A model generated the notes under the pieces. The model was not told the DNA's origin. It was given only the letters and a program-made list of their open reading frames with translations, and did no database searches. Both the position numbers and the translations under genes were made by a program. Below, one piece after another: positions 31,581-40,935 of a DNA stretch of 64,000 nt (position 1 is its first letter; each line of letters opens with the position of its first letter). Source of the DNA: an uncultured Candidatus Binatia bacterium (GTDB lineage Bacteria; Desulfobacterota; Binatia; UBA9968; CAXXLF01); contig OZ244621.1 of the NCBI GenBank assembly GCA_965218425.1, positions 1,088,001 through 1,152,000 of the forward strand, written 5' to 3'.

Positions 31581-31944
31581 GGAGGCTCCTCTGAGCCAGC
31601 AATTTGCAGGCGTTTGAAGACGCTGACCGCGACGGATAATGGGGCAGCCTATACGACGAAGAAATGACCTGTCAAGCCAATTGGAAAACAGCAATGAGCA
31701 AGGCGCAAGGCATAAGACCCATTAACCGCAGATTTACGCAGACCGACGCAGATAATAGTTTATTCACCGCAATTCTATAGGTCCTTAGGCTCGCCCATTT
31801 GGTCGAGACGCTCGACCTTTTCGACGACCCACCCCACGTAAAATTCAAGGAAACTCCAGAAATTCCAAGTCTTTCCAAACACGATAGCCTTTGGCACGTA
31901 GTGTGCTCTACCGTCACTCACACTGCCGAAAAGGAGGAGCATGG

Positions 31945-32193
31945 ATGAAAGTCACCGAAGAGCGGGCCAAGGAATTGGCTGATGAGTTTGCTGAACAGTA
32001 CCTGCCGGGTTTCAGGGTGGAAAGGATCGCTCCCTTCGAAGTTCATCAAATCATTTATTCTGTCGATCTTCAGAATTCCGGAGGCGAGCATCGCACCCTG
32101 CGAATCAATCCGTATGGCGAGGTCAGTGATCCCTGGAGATGCGGCGTGAAGGGGCATCGCCCAGCGACCTTTCGCAGAATAAGGAAAAGATAG
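31945..32193 (+). CDS. Small hypothetical protein (PepSY-like)
   Basis: Strong AAGGAGG RBS; VTEERAKELA...INPYGEV pattern. Confidence 0.5.
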   Translation: MKVTEERAKELADEFAEQYLPGFRVERIAPFEVHQIIYSVDLQNSGGEHRTLRINPYGEVSDPWRCGVKGHRPATFRRIRKR

Positions 32194-32311
32194 GTTGGGA
32201 GACAGCAAAGCTCAAGGGGCAAGTCAGTACTGAGTTGCGAGTACTGAGGACTGAGTGGGGAGGGATGAGAATCGGCGAAAATCTGCGTTAAGTTCTTAGA
32301 GGCTGACTCCC

Positions 32312-33448
32312 TCACGAAACATTCAGCTTCAACTTCAGGTATCGCTCGTAGATGCGGTAGAGGGTCTCCATGGAGGCCAGGTCAACCCACTCAACGTCGG
32401 TGTGCAGGTTCCCGATCATCGGTCTGGTCATAATAACCGGTATGCCGTAGGGGGCAATGTAACGGGCATCGCTTCCACCATGCTCCCGCAACAAACGCAC
32501 GGGTTTTCCTGTTAGCTCTTCGGTCACCTTGATGTAGAGCGGATCTGGCGAAAGGCGTGTAGGCTCCGCAGCCACAAGAGGTTCCATCTCCATCTGTTCG
32601 TCTAAAAATTCTCTGATCGTGGACGTCATTTCATCAAGGGTGAAGGGAGGAGGAAAACGAATGTCGCAAATAGTCTCCGCCTCGTTTGGAATTCGGTTGG
32701 GGACACGGTTCGGCGTCTGAATTACGGTGAAGGCGCAGGTGGGGTACCAGTACCCGTCTTCACCGTTTTTCAAGCCTTCAAAATGATCGCGTATCCTGTT
32801 GAGGGCGGAGATCATGCGGTCCATCGGATTATCCGCCAGCCAAGGTCTACAGGCGTGTCCCGCAGCTCCTCGTGCCCGAATCTTCAAGTGAAGGGTGCCT
32901 TTCTCTTCCACGGCAATGTCATTAACGGAACCGGCATCGGGAACAATGGCCGTCCCGCAGCGAAGGCCAAACTCTTCCATCAGGAACCTCGTGCCATAGG
33001 TTCCCCCGCGTTCCTCGTCCGAGGTGACGGTCAAGCCGAGGGATAAACCTGGTGACCTTTCGTGAAAAACCCGAAATATTTCAAGGAGGATGGCCAGCTC
33101 GCCTTTCATGTCCCCCGCGCCAGGACCGTAAAGCCGACCGTCCCGTATGACGGAACGGTACTCTGCCCCTTCGGGGAGAGAAACAACATCGAGGTGACCG
33201 AAAAGCATGACTTCGGGCCTCTGAACGTTTTTAGGAAGGATCACCGTTGACAGCGCGTCGTGCTCGCGAAACCGGTGTACCGTAACCGCGTCGGGTATCT
33301 CGGTATGATTGATCACAAACTCCATACACCTGTCTATTTCCTCGGGCCGATCCCAGGTGCTCGGGATCAAGATAAGGTCGCGGGTCAGCTCAACGAGCCG
33401 TTGACGAAGATCTTCCGAACCATACGTGCGCTCATCAGTCACGGGCAT
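32312..33448 (-). CDS. M20/DapE-ArgE family metallo-hydrolase
   Basis: GHLDVV, GAGDMKG, DEE, EKG, GH, GSDA and C-terminal H motifs. Confidence 0.88.
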   Translation of the reverse strand: MPVTDERTYGSEDLRQRLVELTRDLILIPSTWDRPEEIDRCMEFVINHTEIPDAVTVHRFREHDALSTVILPKNVQRPEVMLFGHLDVVSLPEGAEYRSVIRDGRLYGPGAGDMKGELAILLEIFRVFHERSPGLSLGLTVTSDEERGGTYGTRFLMEEFGLRCGTAIVPDAGSVNDIAVEEKGTLHLKIRARGAAGHACRPWLADNPMDRMISALNRIRDHFEGLKNGEDGYWYPTCAFTVIQTPNRVPNRIPNEAETICDIRFPPPFTLDEMTSTIREFLDEQMEMEPLVAAEPTRLSPDPLYIKVTEELTGKPVRLLREHGGSDARYIAPYGIPVIMTRPMIGNLHTDVEWVDLASMETLYRIYERYLKLKLNVS

Positions 33449-34805
33449 ACCCCCACTCCACTGGCAATTGAGACCAGGCTTGGAGGAAGACTTCGCCGCA
33501 CTCCTCGTAGGTCTGTCCCAGACAAAGAAACTGTCCTTTCATAACTTTGCCCCCCGAGTCGGTGTTGAAATTGAACGGTAGGATTCCCACTGTCATCCCG
33601 GGCCGGTACAGTACTCCCGCATGATCCATTAGGGCAAGCAAATCCGCACCCTCGAAGGTCTTGTGAAAACCGACGTTTCTCATGTACCAAGCCCCTTCAG
33701 GGTTGGAACGCCTCGCCAGAGCGGCGGGATAGGTAGCGCCGGTTATCCTGGCATTGATCTCGCAGAGGATGGCGTCCGTCTTCCGACCGCGGCGAACCAC
33801 GAGGAAATCCGTGCTCGCCGTCCCACGGTAACCCTGCCCATGGAGCCACCTTGCCGCGGTGCCGGCCTGCTCAAGAAGTTCATCCTCCAATCCAGTGGAG
33901 TTCTGAAGATAAGGGGGCGGGCTTATATTGCCTTCATGAACTCCTTCACGGTCAAGGACCTGGTCCGTAAGGTCAAATAGAAAGACGGTGTCGTCATTCA
34001 AAAAGAGCTGAACGCTGGGCGAGCCTACGATTTCAACCCCTTGTGTTCCCTGATCCAACCATCCTTGAACCATACAGGGGCCTTCGAAGAAGAGGTGGTC
34101 AGGCACCGATTCCTGGCGACCGTTTTCCGTATCGAGCTTGACCATTCCATACCCGGAGGCGCCGATTTGAGCTTTCACTACGGCCTTTGCGTAACCTTTC
34201 TTTTTCAAATCTGACAAACAGGCGGAAAGCTCTCTTCGGTTCGCGGCGATCCTGGTATCGAAAACCGGCAGCTTCTGCTCCACCAGATACTGATACAGCA
34301 GATACTTATTGTTTCCGTTCTTGCTCCCTTCCAATGTGCTGACGGTTTGTTTTCCCATTTGTCTGGCGATTTGGACCAGACTGGAATCGGTCACAAATCC
34401 ATCCACCCAGGCGGCCGCGTGCTTGTTGAGTCCCTTGAGGGTCGCTTCAGCTTTCGCACCCTTTGACCCTGTTCCGGACGAGGCCAACTCCCTGTAACCG
34501 TCATGGTCAAGGACGGCGTAATCGGGGAGCGACAAGCCAAGGTCCTCGGAAAGATAGCGGGTCAGGCTTTCATCCGGTTTTGCTTCGAGAAGAACCAGGT
34601 TGGGCCGCTTGCGGTACAGAAGGTTGAGAACGCTGAGAACCCGGCTGCCATAACCCATCGCTCCCGAGATCCCTTCAAGCAGATGCTTCGCCTCCTCATC
34701 GTTATCGTAAAAGATAGACTGAAGATTGGAGAAAAAGACAACGCTGCGGTCCCAGAAGGGAGGAAGCTCGCCGATACATCTTGTGGTATTGGGTGTGGAC
34801 ATCAC
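33435..34805 (-). CDS. ATP-grasp amide ligase (PGM1/pre-ATP-grasp-like)
   Basis: VVKAQIGASGYG, SPSVQ, DQVL..HEGN, GYRG...DF and EINARITGATY; overlaps the M20 gene by 14 nt. Confidence 0.72.
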   Translation of the reverse strand: MMSTPNTTRCIGELPPFWDRSVVFFSNLQSIFYDNDEEAKHLLEGISGAMGYGSRVLSVLNLLYRKRPNLVLLEAKPDESLTRYLSEDLGLSLPDYAVLDHDGYRELASSGTGSKGAKAEATLKGLNKHAAAWVDGFVTDSSLVQIARQMGKQTVSTLEGSKNGNNKYLLYQYLVEQKLPVFDTRIAANRRELSACLSDLKKKGYAKAVVKAQIGASGYGMVKLDTENGRQESVPDHLFFEGPCMVQGWLDQGTQGVEIVGSPSVQLFLNDDTVFLFDLTDQVLDREGVHEGNISPPPYLQNSTGLEDELLEQAGTAARWLHGQGYRGTASTDFLVVRRGRKTDAILCEINARITGATYPAALARRSNPEGAWYMRNVGFHKTFEGADLLALMDHAGVLYRPGMTVGILPFNFNTDSGGKVMKGQFLCLGQTYEECGEVFLQAWSQLPVEWGYARD

Positions 34806-34898
34806 AAAAGAACACTCACATCATGATATCACTGTTATTGGGGGGGTGGGAAACCGGTTCAAGGTGGGGCACTAGAATAGGCGTGAGACCGCGATTTG

Positions 34899-35873
34899 TT
34901 AGACATTGAGGCGGTCCATCCCCTTGGAGCGGTTCCCGGCAGCGGCTCCGGGGGACATTATCGTTTCTAACCGTGTCAAGTCTTCGTCAGTAAGCTTTAT
35001 TTCCATGGCCTTGAGGTTTTCCTCTAGATGTTTCCTGCTCTTACTTCCGGGAATGGGGGTAATGTCCTTACCCTGCGCCATAAGCCAGGCCAGTGCGATC
35101 TGCGCCGGGGTTACCGACTTTTCTTTGGCCAAAGCTTCAACCTGGACAAGGAGTTGCAGGTTGCGCTCGAAGTTACCCGGCTGGAGGCGAGGATGGTCAC
35201 GCCTCTGTTCCGGGATATCCTTTAGGTCATGGAATTGACCAGCCAAAAAACCGCGCCCAAGGGGACAATAGGCCATAAAACCCATGCCAAATTCGCGGCA
35301 AGCTTCAATGTTGCCCGCTTCAGGGTCCCGCGACCACAGGGAGTATTCAATCTGCAATGAGACGATGGGATGGACTTTGTTGGCCCGACGTATGGATTCG
35401 GCGCTCGCCTCCGATAGCGCAATGTAACGGACCTTGCCCTGCTTTACCAAATGCGCCATGGCATCCACTGATTCTTCGATGGGAACCTTGGGGTCCACAC
35501 GCGACATACACCAGATGTCGAGAACATCGATGCCCAGCCGCTTGAGACTCTCTTCGCAGGTTTTGATCAGGTAGTCGGGGGAACCTCCGCCGCGATAGCC
35601 CGTGGCATCGGGGGTACGGATGCTGCCGGATTTGGAATGGATGACGATCTTTTCACGCCGCCCCTTGATGGCCTTGCCGAGGAGCCCCTGATTATGACCG
35701 TTCCCATAACTTGCCGAGGTGTCCAGAAAGTTGATGCCTAGATCGAAGGCCCTGTGAAGGGTGGCAATGGATTCGCTGTCGTCGGCTGGTCCGTAGGAGC
35801 CGGACATACCCATGCAGCCAAGGCCCATGGGTGAAACCTTGAGATCCGTGGTGCCAAACTGGCGGTACTCCAT
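34899..35873 (-). CDS. Aldo/keto reductase
   Basis: [27 protein letters not shown]. Confidence 0.92.
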   Translation of the reverse strand: MEYRQFGTTDLKVSPMGLGCMGMSGSYGPADDSESIATLHRAFDLGINFLDTSASYGNGHNQGLLGKAIKGRREKIVIHSKSGSIRTPDATGYRGGGSPDYLIKTCEESLKRLGIDVLDIWCMSRVDPKVPIEESVDAMAHLVKQGKVRYIALSEASAESIRRANKVHPIVSLQIEYSLWSRDPEAGNIEACREFGMGFMAYCPLGRGFLAGQFHDLKDIPEQRRDHPRLQPGNFERNLQLLVQVEALAKEKSVTPAQIALAWLMAQGKDITPIPGSKSRKHLEENLKAMEIKLTDEDLTRLETIMSPGAAAGNRSKGMDRLNV

Positions 35874-36030
35874 AATGCATCTCTCCTTGAATCAGTGTTG
35901 GATGCCTTTAACATGTCCGAAGTCTATTGCCAAGACAACTTCCTTCCAATAGCATCAGCGCTCGGACAGTCAGAATAAGCCTTATTACGGTTTACCGCAA
36001 CGATCAATAAATTTTCGTCAGGAGGTCAAG

Positions 36031-36970
36031 ATGGCAACCATCGGATTTATCGGTACGGGGGGAATGGGAAGTGAAATGGCGACCAACCTCATAAAGGCAG
36101 GTCAGCATCTCGTCGTAAATGATATCAGACCTGAAATGACCCGGCGGCTCGCCGACCAGGGCGCTCAGACACGGGGCTCCGCCCGGGAAGTGGCGGAGGC
36201 CACGGAAGTGGTTTTATCGATGCTTCCTTACAATGAAGCGGTGTCGGAGGTTGGAACAGGTCGAGGAGGCCTCCACGAAGCCTCTGGGGGGGCACGGATA
36301 TGGGTGGACTTCAGCAGTACCAACAAAATGACTATCGTTGACGCCGGTAAGAAACTGACCGCCAAGGGCTGGACCATGCTCGACGGCTCGGTGGCGGGAG
36401 TTGAGGAACAGGCCGCCGCGGCAGCACTGTCCATTTGGGTGTCGGGTTCGAAGCGGCATTTCGATGATCTAATGCCAACGTTCCAGGCCATGGGCAAGAA
36501 AATTGTTTTTATTAGGTGACCTGGGCAATGCAAAGCTAGTCAAGACGGCCAATGCCATGCTCGGGGCCATCTCGAACATGTGTATGGCGGAGATCTTTTA
36601 CTGGCTCAAAAAGGGTGGTCTCACGGATGAGGACTTCCAAAGTTTTATCAAGAGCTCGCAGAACTACTCCACCGCCCTCGACCGGATCACCCAGATCATG
36701 ATCGGCCGGAAGTTCAAACCCAGAAAGTCATGGATGCCCAAAGATGTGGGATTTGGCCTCGACGAGGCACGGGCGATGGAGGTCCCGGTGCCCTTTAGTT
36801 CCCTGGCCTACCAGATGTTCACCCTGGCTCAGGCCAACGGCGTCGACGGGTATTGCCTTCGAGGTCTATTCCCTTATGAATGGCGAGGGCAAGACAGAGA
36901 AGTAGGCCCGACCATTAGAGAACCAATTTTTTTCGCGCTAAGACGCCAAGCTCCCAAAGGGAACCAGTAG
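36031..36970 (+). pseudogene. 3-hydroxyisobutyrate dehydrogenase-family oxidoreductase, frameshifted
   Basis: IGFIGTGGMG N-domain stops at 36519. The C-domain (GDLGNAKLVKTAN...MPKDV) continues in another frame after ~36510. The tail after ANGVDGY looks unrelated. Confidence 0.8.
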
Positions 36971-37289
36971 GCAGATAGCAACAAGCGGCTTGCAGAAAAC
37001 AGTGAACCCAGATTTAGTGTTCAAGGGTCAGGCTAGGGTGTAGGGGGTTGGGGGTTGGGTATGGGGTTTACAGTCTGGAATTCACCTCCCCCTACACTCT
37101 ACACCCTTCATCCTCCCTTAGTTCCCACTTAGTCCTCGTTACTCGCCACTGATTGGACGCTTTGCGCATAGCGCCATACGTTCCGCCGTTCCCGACTTGA
37201 CGCTCTTTGCGTCTTTGCGCGAGTCGCCTTGATGAATACTGAAATAATATCGTCTGAGAGCATTATAACCAGAGGGCTCTGTTAACGCA

Positions 37290-37895
37290 CTAAAAATATC
37301 GATTTGGGCAACAGCCCGGCAAGACCCCATCTCCGGCGGATGCTATGTGCGGTTCATCCCCACGCTCGTGGGGAACACGCTTTACCGGCGCCCGCTGAGC
37401 CACCTGGGTGATACAGGCTTCCTTCGGTTGACCAAGACGTAAATTGCGTCCCGATGGTTGCCTCAAGTCTACTTGATAGCAGCTCTTACCTGTCCTGCCT
37501 CTGAGACGGAGACGCACCCTTCGGGTCATTCGCCTCCCGGCGGCAAGTCCTCTCACGCGCACTCGTTTCACCACGGCCCGCCCGCGTCTGACAGGGATCT
37601 CGAAGCGACCACTCGCCTCGGAACCGGAGTTTTTCACTGAAACCTGAACGGTTGCCGTAGCGCCCATCGGCCGAGAAGAAGAAGCAAACCAAGCCCTTAC
37701 GATTTCTATTCGAGTGGCGGTTGGGCTGATGTCCGACCGAAGGGGTTTAAGAGTCTGCCGCGAAGACTGAGCCGGCATTGGGGCCCATTGAGCTTTTGAT
37801 GGGTCCATCTCACCCTGAGCAAGGAGCGCACTTCGAAATTGGCCTGCGAACCATAGGCTCGCCATCAGGACTAAACCGACAATGATCGCTTTCAT
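37290..37895 (-). CDS. Secreted protein with CARDB/Ig-like segment, C-terminus formed by a CRISPR repeat
   Basis: Signal peptide and VSVKNSG motif. Residues RVPHERGDEP are the translation of the repeat. Confidence 0.55.
   Translation of the reverse strand: MKAIIVGLVLMASLWFAGQFRSALLAQGEMDPSKAQWAPMPAQSSRQTLKPLRSDISPTATRIEIVRAWFASSSRPMGATATVQVSVKNSGSEASGRFEIPVRRGRAVVKRVRVRGLAAGRRMTRRVRLRLRGRTGKSCYQVDLRQPSGRNLRLGQPKEACITQVAQRAPVKRVPHERGDEPHIASAGDGVLPGCCPNRYF
37350..37378 (-). CRISPR. Solitary type I-E CRISPR direct repeat (no array)
   Basis: Minus strand GTGTTCCCCACGAGCGTGGGGATGAACCG, 29 nt, with a CCCCACG/CGTGGGG hairpin and an ATGAACCG handle. One copy only. Confidence 0.85.
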
Positions 37896-38029
37896 ATGGT
37901 TCGTTTCCCTTGCTCGGGTTTCAAAAGCTAAAATGCAACCCGTTTACCTGGGGAAAACCAAAATAAAGTGTCTAGCTATACGGAAGGGTACCGCTATGAG
38001 GCAATAGCAGGCGCCTCGTATCTCGCGAC

Positions 38030-39304
38030 TCAGGGCGCCGGCGCCAGCCGCACCGCGGTGGTGGAGGGCTCGTCGGTTGCGTCACCCAAATCACGAGACA
38101 TCACATCGGAACGGGCGAACACCACCGAGATGACAGTTGTGGCGCACAAAACCGCACCCACGATGAGAGTAAGCGGCGCGCCGATGAGGGAGGCCACAGC
38201 CCCCACTTGCATCTGTCCCAGGGAAGGCACGCCGTTGGTCAACATGCTTTGAAAGCTGGAAACCCTGCCGCGAATCTCATCCGGGGTGATGGCCTGGATT
38301 ACCGTATTGCGCGGAATGGCCTGCACGGAATCGGAGAACCCGAGGGACGCGCTCATCAGGAGCGCAAGCGCAAACCAGGGAGCAACTGCCAAGCCCACGA
38401 GACCGAAACAGTAAGCGAGTATGCCAATGAGCACGAAACGGCCCTTGTAGCGCACATCGCCCAGGGACATGATCACGCCAGCCCCTAGAATGGCCCCCAC
38501 CCCGGATATGGAAAGTAGCAGTCCAAGTCCTTCGGCCCCGGCACCCAGCTTATCGGCAAAGATGGGCATCAGGACTCGATAGGCTCCGAAGAACATCGCC
38601 GCCGAATCCATACCCAGTAGGATCGGGATGATGGATTGCTTTCTTAGAAACGTCATTCCTTCCGCCAGTGCTTTCAGTGTAGACTTCCGCGATGGCGCAA
38701 TCACCCGGCTGAGATGCATGGCCATGAGGGCTGCGAGGGTAACGAGATGAGCCATGCCGTTCACCAGGTAGGTTACGGATAACCCGAAGAGACCTATGCA
38801 AACACCTCCTATGGCCGGGCCGAGGATATTGGAAATCTGCCAGACCGTGGAATTGAGCGCGAACGCGTTCAGCAAGTTCTGCTTGGGAACGATATTTGGG
38901 ATGATGGCGCTTCGCGCCGGCGCATTTAGGGCCGTCAGGGAGGAGTTGAGAAATGTTACGGCGTAGATATGCCAGACCTGGATATCCCCGGTGAAAGTGA
39001 GCCAGGCAAGGACTAGACTGAAGCAGCCTGAAAGTCCCTGGGTAACCATAATGAACTTTCGCCGGTCAACCCGGTCGGCGATGACCCCGCCCATGAGCGA
39101 CAAGGCAAGAATTGGCAGTGCCCTCACCAATCCGGTGAGGCCCAGATAGAAGGCAGAGCCCGTCAATTGGTAGATCTGCCAGATATTGGCAGTGTTCTGC
39201 ACCTGGGAACCCAACCCCGCAACCACCAGCGCGACGTAAAACAGCCGGAAATCCCGATGCCTTAGAGCAGCAATGGGCAGGATGATTTTGGAGCGGAGAT
39301 CCAT
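38030..39304 (-). CDS. MFS transporter (EntS/MFS_3-like), paralog of 16720-17961
   Basis: ALRHRDFR, GGVIADRVDRRK, PDEIRGRV. Confidence 0.88.
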   Translation of the reverse strand: MDLRSKIILPIAALRHRDFRLFYVALVVAGLGSQVQNTANIWQIYQLTGSAFYLGLTGLVRALPILALSLMGGVIADRVDRRKFIMVTQGLSGCFSLVLAWLTFTGDIQVWHIYAVTFLNSSLTALNAPARSAIIPNIVPKQNLLNAFALNSTVWQISNILGPAIGGVCIGLFGLSVTYLVNGMAHLVTLAALMAMHLSRVIAPSRKSTLKALAEGMTFLRKQSIIPILLGMDSAAMFFGAYRVLMPIFADKLGAGAEGLGLLLSISGVGAILGAGVIMSLGDVRYKGRFVLIGILAYCFGLVGLAVAPWFALALLMSASLGFSDSVQAIPRNTVIQAITPDEIRGRVSSFQSMLTNGVPSLGQMQVGAVASLIGAPLTLIVGAVLCATTVISVVFARSDVMSRDLGDATDEPSTTAVRLAPAP

Positions 39305-39582
39305 AGTTAGTTTCGATTCATAGGACAAGGCTTCATGTGCATCGGGTCCTCGTTCGCGCCCCCTGAGACTTATGTGAAGTGTGGACCGGCGTCAAGCGCC
39401 GTTACAGACGCCCAGCTGAACTACCCAAATACCTACCCTCAGTCGGCTCAACCACGGAAACTTCTTCCCGCATTACCGTTGTTCCAAATCATTGGGAAAA
39501 ACCGTATTTTTTGCTGTGTAATTGACGCCCCCGGCGCTGGATACTATAAGGGTCTTGATTGCCTGATTTGGAGGTGGAATCC

Positions 39583-40710
39583 ATGAGCTTTATCGATGCC
39601 GACGGACATGTGGAGGAAAGCCCCGCAACTTTTAACGACCAATACTTAGGTCCCGCCTTTCGCAGCCAGCGACCGCGGGTGGTAGGTGAAAATGGAATGG
39701 CCTACTGGGTCATTGACGAAAAACTGTTTCCCAGGCGTGTGGGACCCGGCTGCCACAATCTAGGCACGCCTGCCAGCTACAAAGGAAAACCTGCGCTCCA
39801 TTCCAAAGGAAAACCGGAAAGCCTCGGCTGCATGGAACTCACGGACATCCAAGCCCGCCTTGCCATCATGGATGAAGAGGGGGTCGCGGTTCAGGTTCTC
39901 TACACTACCCTTTTCCTCGCCTATCCCCTCAGCTCGAATCCGGCTTTTTTGACTGCCCTTTGCTCATCCTACAATCGCTGGCTGGGAGACTGGCTTTCGG
40001 ACCATGATCGCCTCAAGTGGGCAGCCATAGTAAATCTGGACCAGGCGGAAGCGGCCGCACGTGAAGTGCATGAGGTCAAACGACTGGGGGCAGCGGCAGT
40101 GATGGTGTTGGGAACCGCAGGAGACCGTCACCTGGACGATCCACGGCTATTCCCATTCTATGAAGCCTTATGCCAAGAGGAACTCCCGCTAGCGGTCCAC
40201 GTGGGTTGGGCCTGTCCTTCCATTAACAACCTCTACGATCATATTTATCCTTCCGGAGTCGTGGCCTTCCACTTTCCCGTCCTCATGGGATTTGTCGCCC
40301 TGATCAGCGGCGGGATCTTGGATCGGTTTCCCAGTTTGAAAGTCGTATTTCTCGAGGCCGGCTCCATGTGGGTTCCCTACATGGTGGACCGGCTGAACCA
40401 CCGATTCCAAAACCAGGGGAAAACCCTGGCCGAATTCCTACCTCAAACCAAACCGCGCCAGACGTTGCCCATCATGGAATATATTAAAAAAGGGAATCTT
40501 TATTTTAGCGCTGAATTGGAAGATCACCTTTTGCCGCAGGTGATGGAGCTGGTTGGAGAAAATCAAATCGTCATGGGGACCGACATGCCCCATGGAGATC
40601 GCGAGCGCTTTGCCGCGCGCCTGCTAGAGCGGAGAAAAGACCTGAGCTCCGGAGCAAAGGCAAACATACTCGAGCACAATCCGGCCCGCCTATATGGTTT
40701 GAAACCCTGA
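39583..40710 (+). CDS. Amidohydrolase_2 family protein
   Basis: IDADGH, VHVG, FLEAG and GTDMPH motifs; GGAGG RBS; TTGACG-17-TATAAG at 39522-39550. Confidence 0.87.
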   Translation: MSFIDADGHVEESPATFNDQYLGPAFRSQRPRVVGENGMAYWVIDEKLFPRRVGPGCHNLGTPASYKGKPALHSKGKPESLGCMELTDIQARLAIMDEEGVAVQVLYTTLFLAYPLSSNPAFLTALCSSYNRWLGDWLSDHDRLKWAAIVNLDQAEAAAREVHEVKRLGAAAVMVLGTAGDRHLDDPRLFPFYEALCQEELPLAVHVGWACPSINNLYDHIYPSGVVAFHFPVLMGFVALISGGILDRFPSLKVVFLEAGSMWVPYMVDRLNHRFQNQGKTLAEFLPQTKPRQTLPIMEYIKKGNLYFSAELEDHLLPQVMELVGENQIVMGTDMPHGDRERFAARLLERRKDLSSGAKANILEHNPARLYGLKP

Positions 40711-40733
40711 GAGGTGCTACCAGGTTTGAACTC

Positions 40734-40765
40734 AAAGGCCCGACCTCCGTTGAGGTCGGGCCTTT
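40734..40765 (+). terminator. Intrinsic terminator-like hairpin
   Basis: 14-bp perfect stem AAAGGCCCGACCTC / GAGGTCGGGCCTTT just after the stop codon. Confidence 0.7.
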
Positions 40766-40935
40766 CGCCTGATCCCCGTGACGTTTACCGCTTTCGCCAC
40801 GCTTTCCTCCGCCACGGGGACCGAGGGGAGAACCATTGAACCCTGCTATTGAAAAACAGCAACCCGCACCTTGACCCACTTTGCGGTTGTCATTTGGGGC
40901 CCAAGACTACGGCGGATGGGGGCGACCAAACATCA

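Noticed and set aside
36517..36519. TGA in the HIBADH-like gene as selenocysteine
   Set aside because: Homology continues in a different frame, and no SECIS-like hairpin or Cys-type motif is evident.
37036..37066. G-quadruplex motif (five G-runs)
   Set aside because: A complementary C-rich heptamer run at ~37085-37118 suggests it is one arm of an inverted short-period repeat.
37200..37500. Full CRISPR array
   Set aside because: Only one intact repeat; positions about 61 bp either side lack a convincing copy. The partial match at ~37305-37317 could equally be an IS-end-like inverted repeat with GGGCTCTGTT at ~37274.
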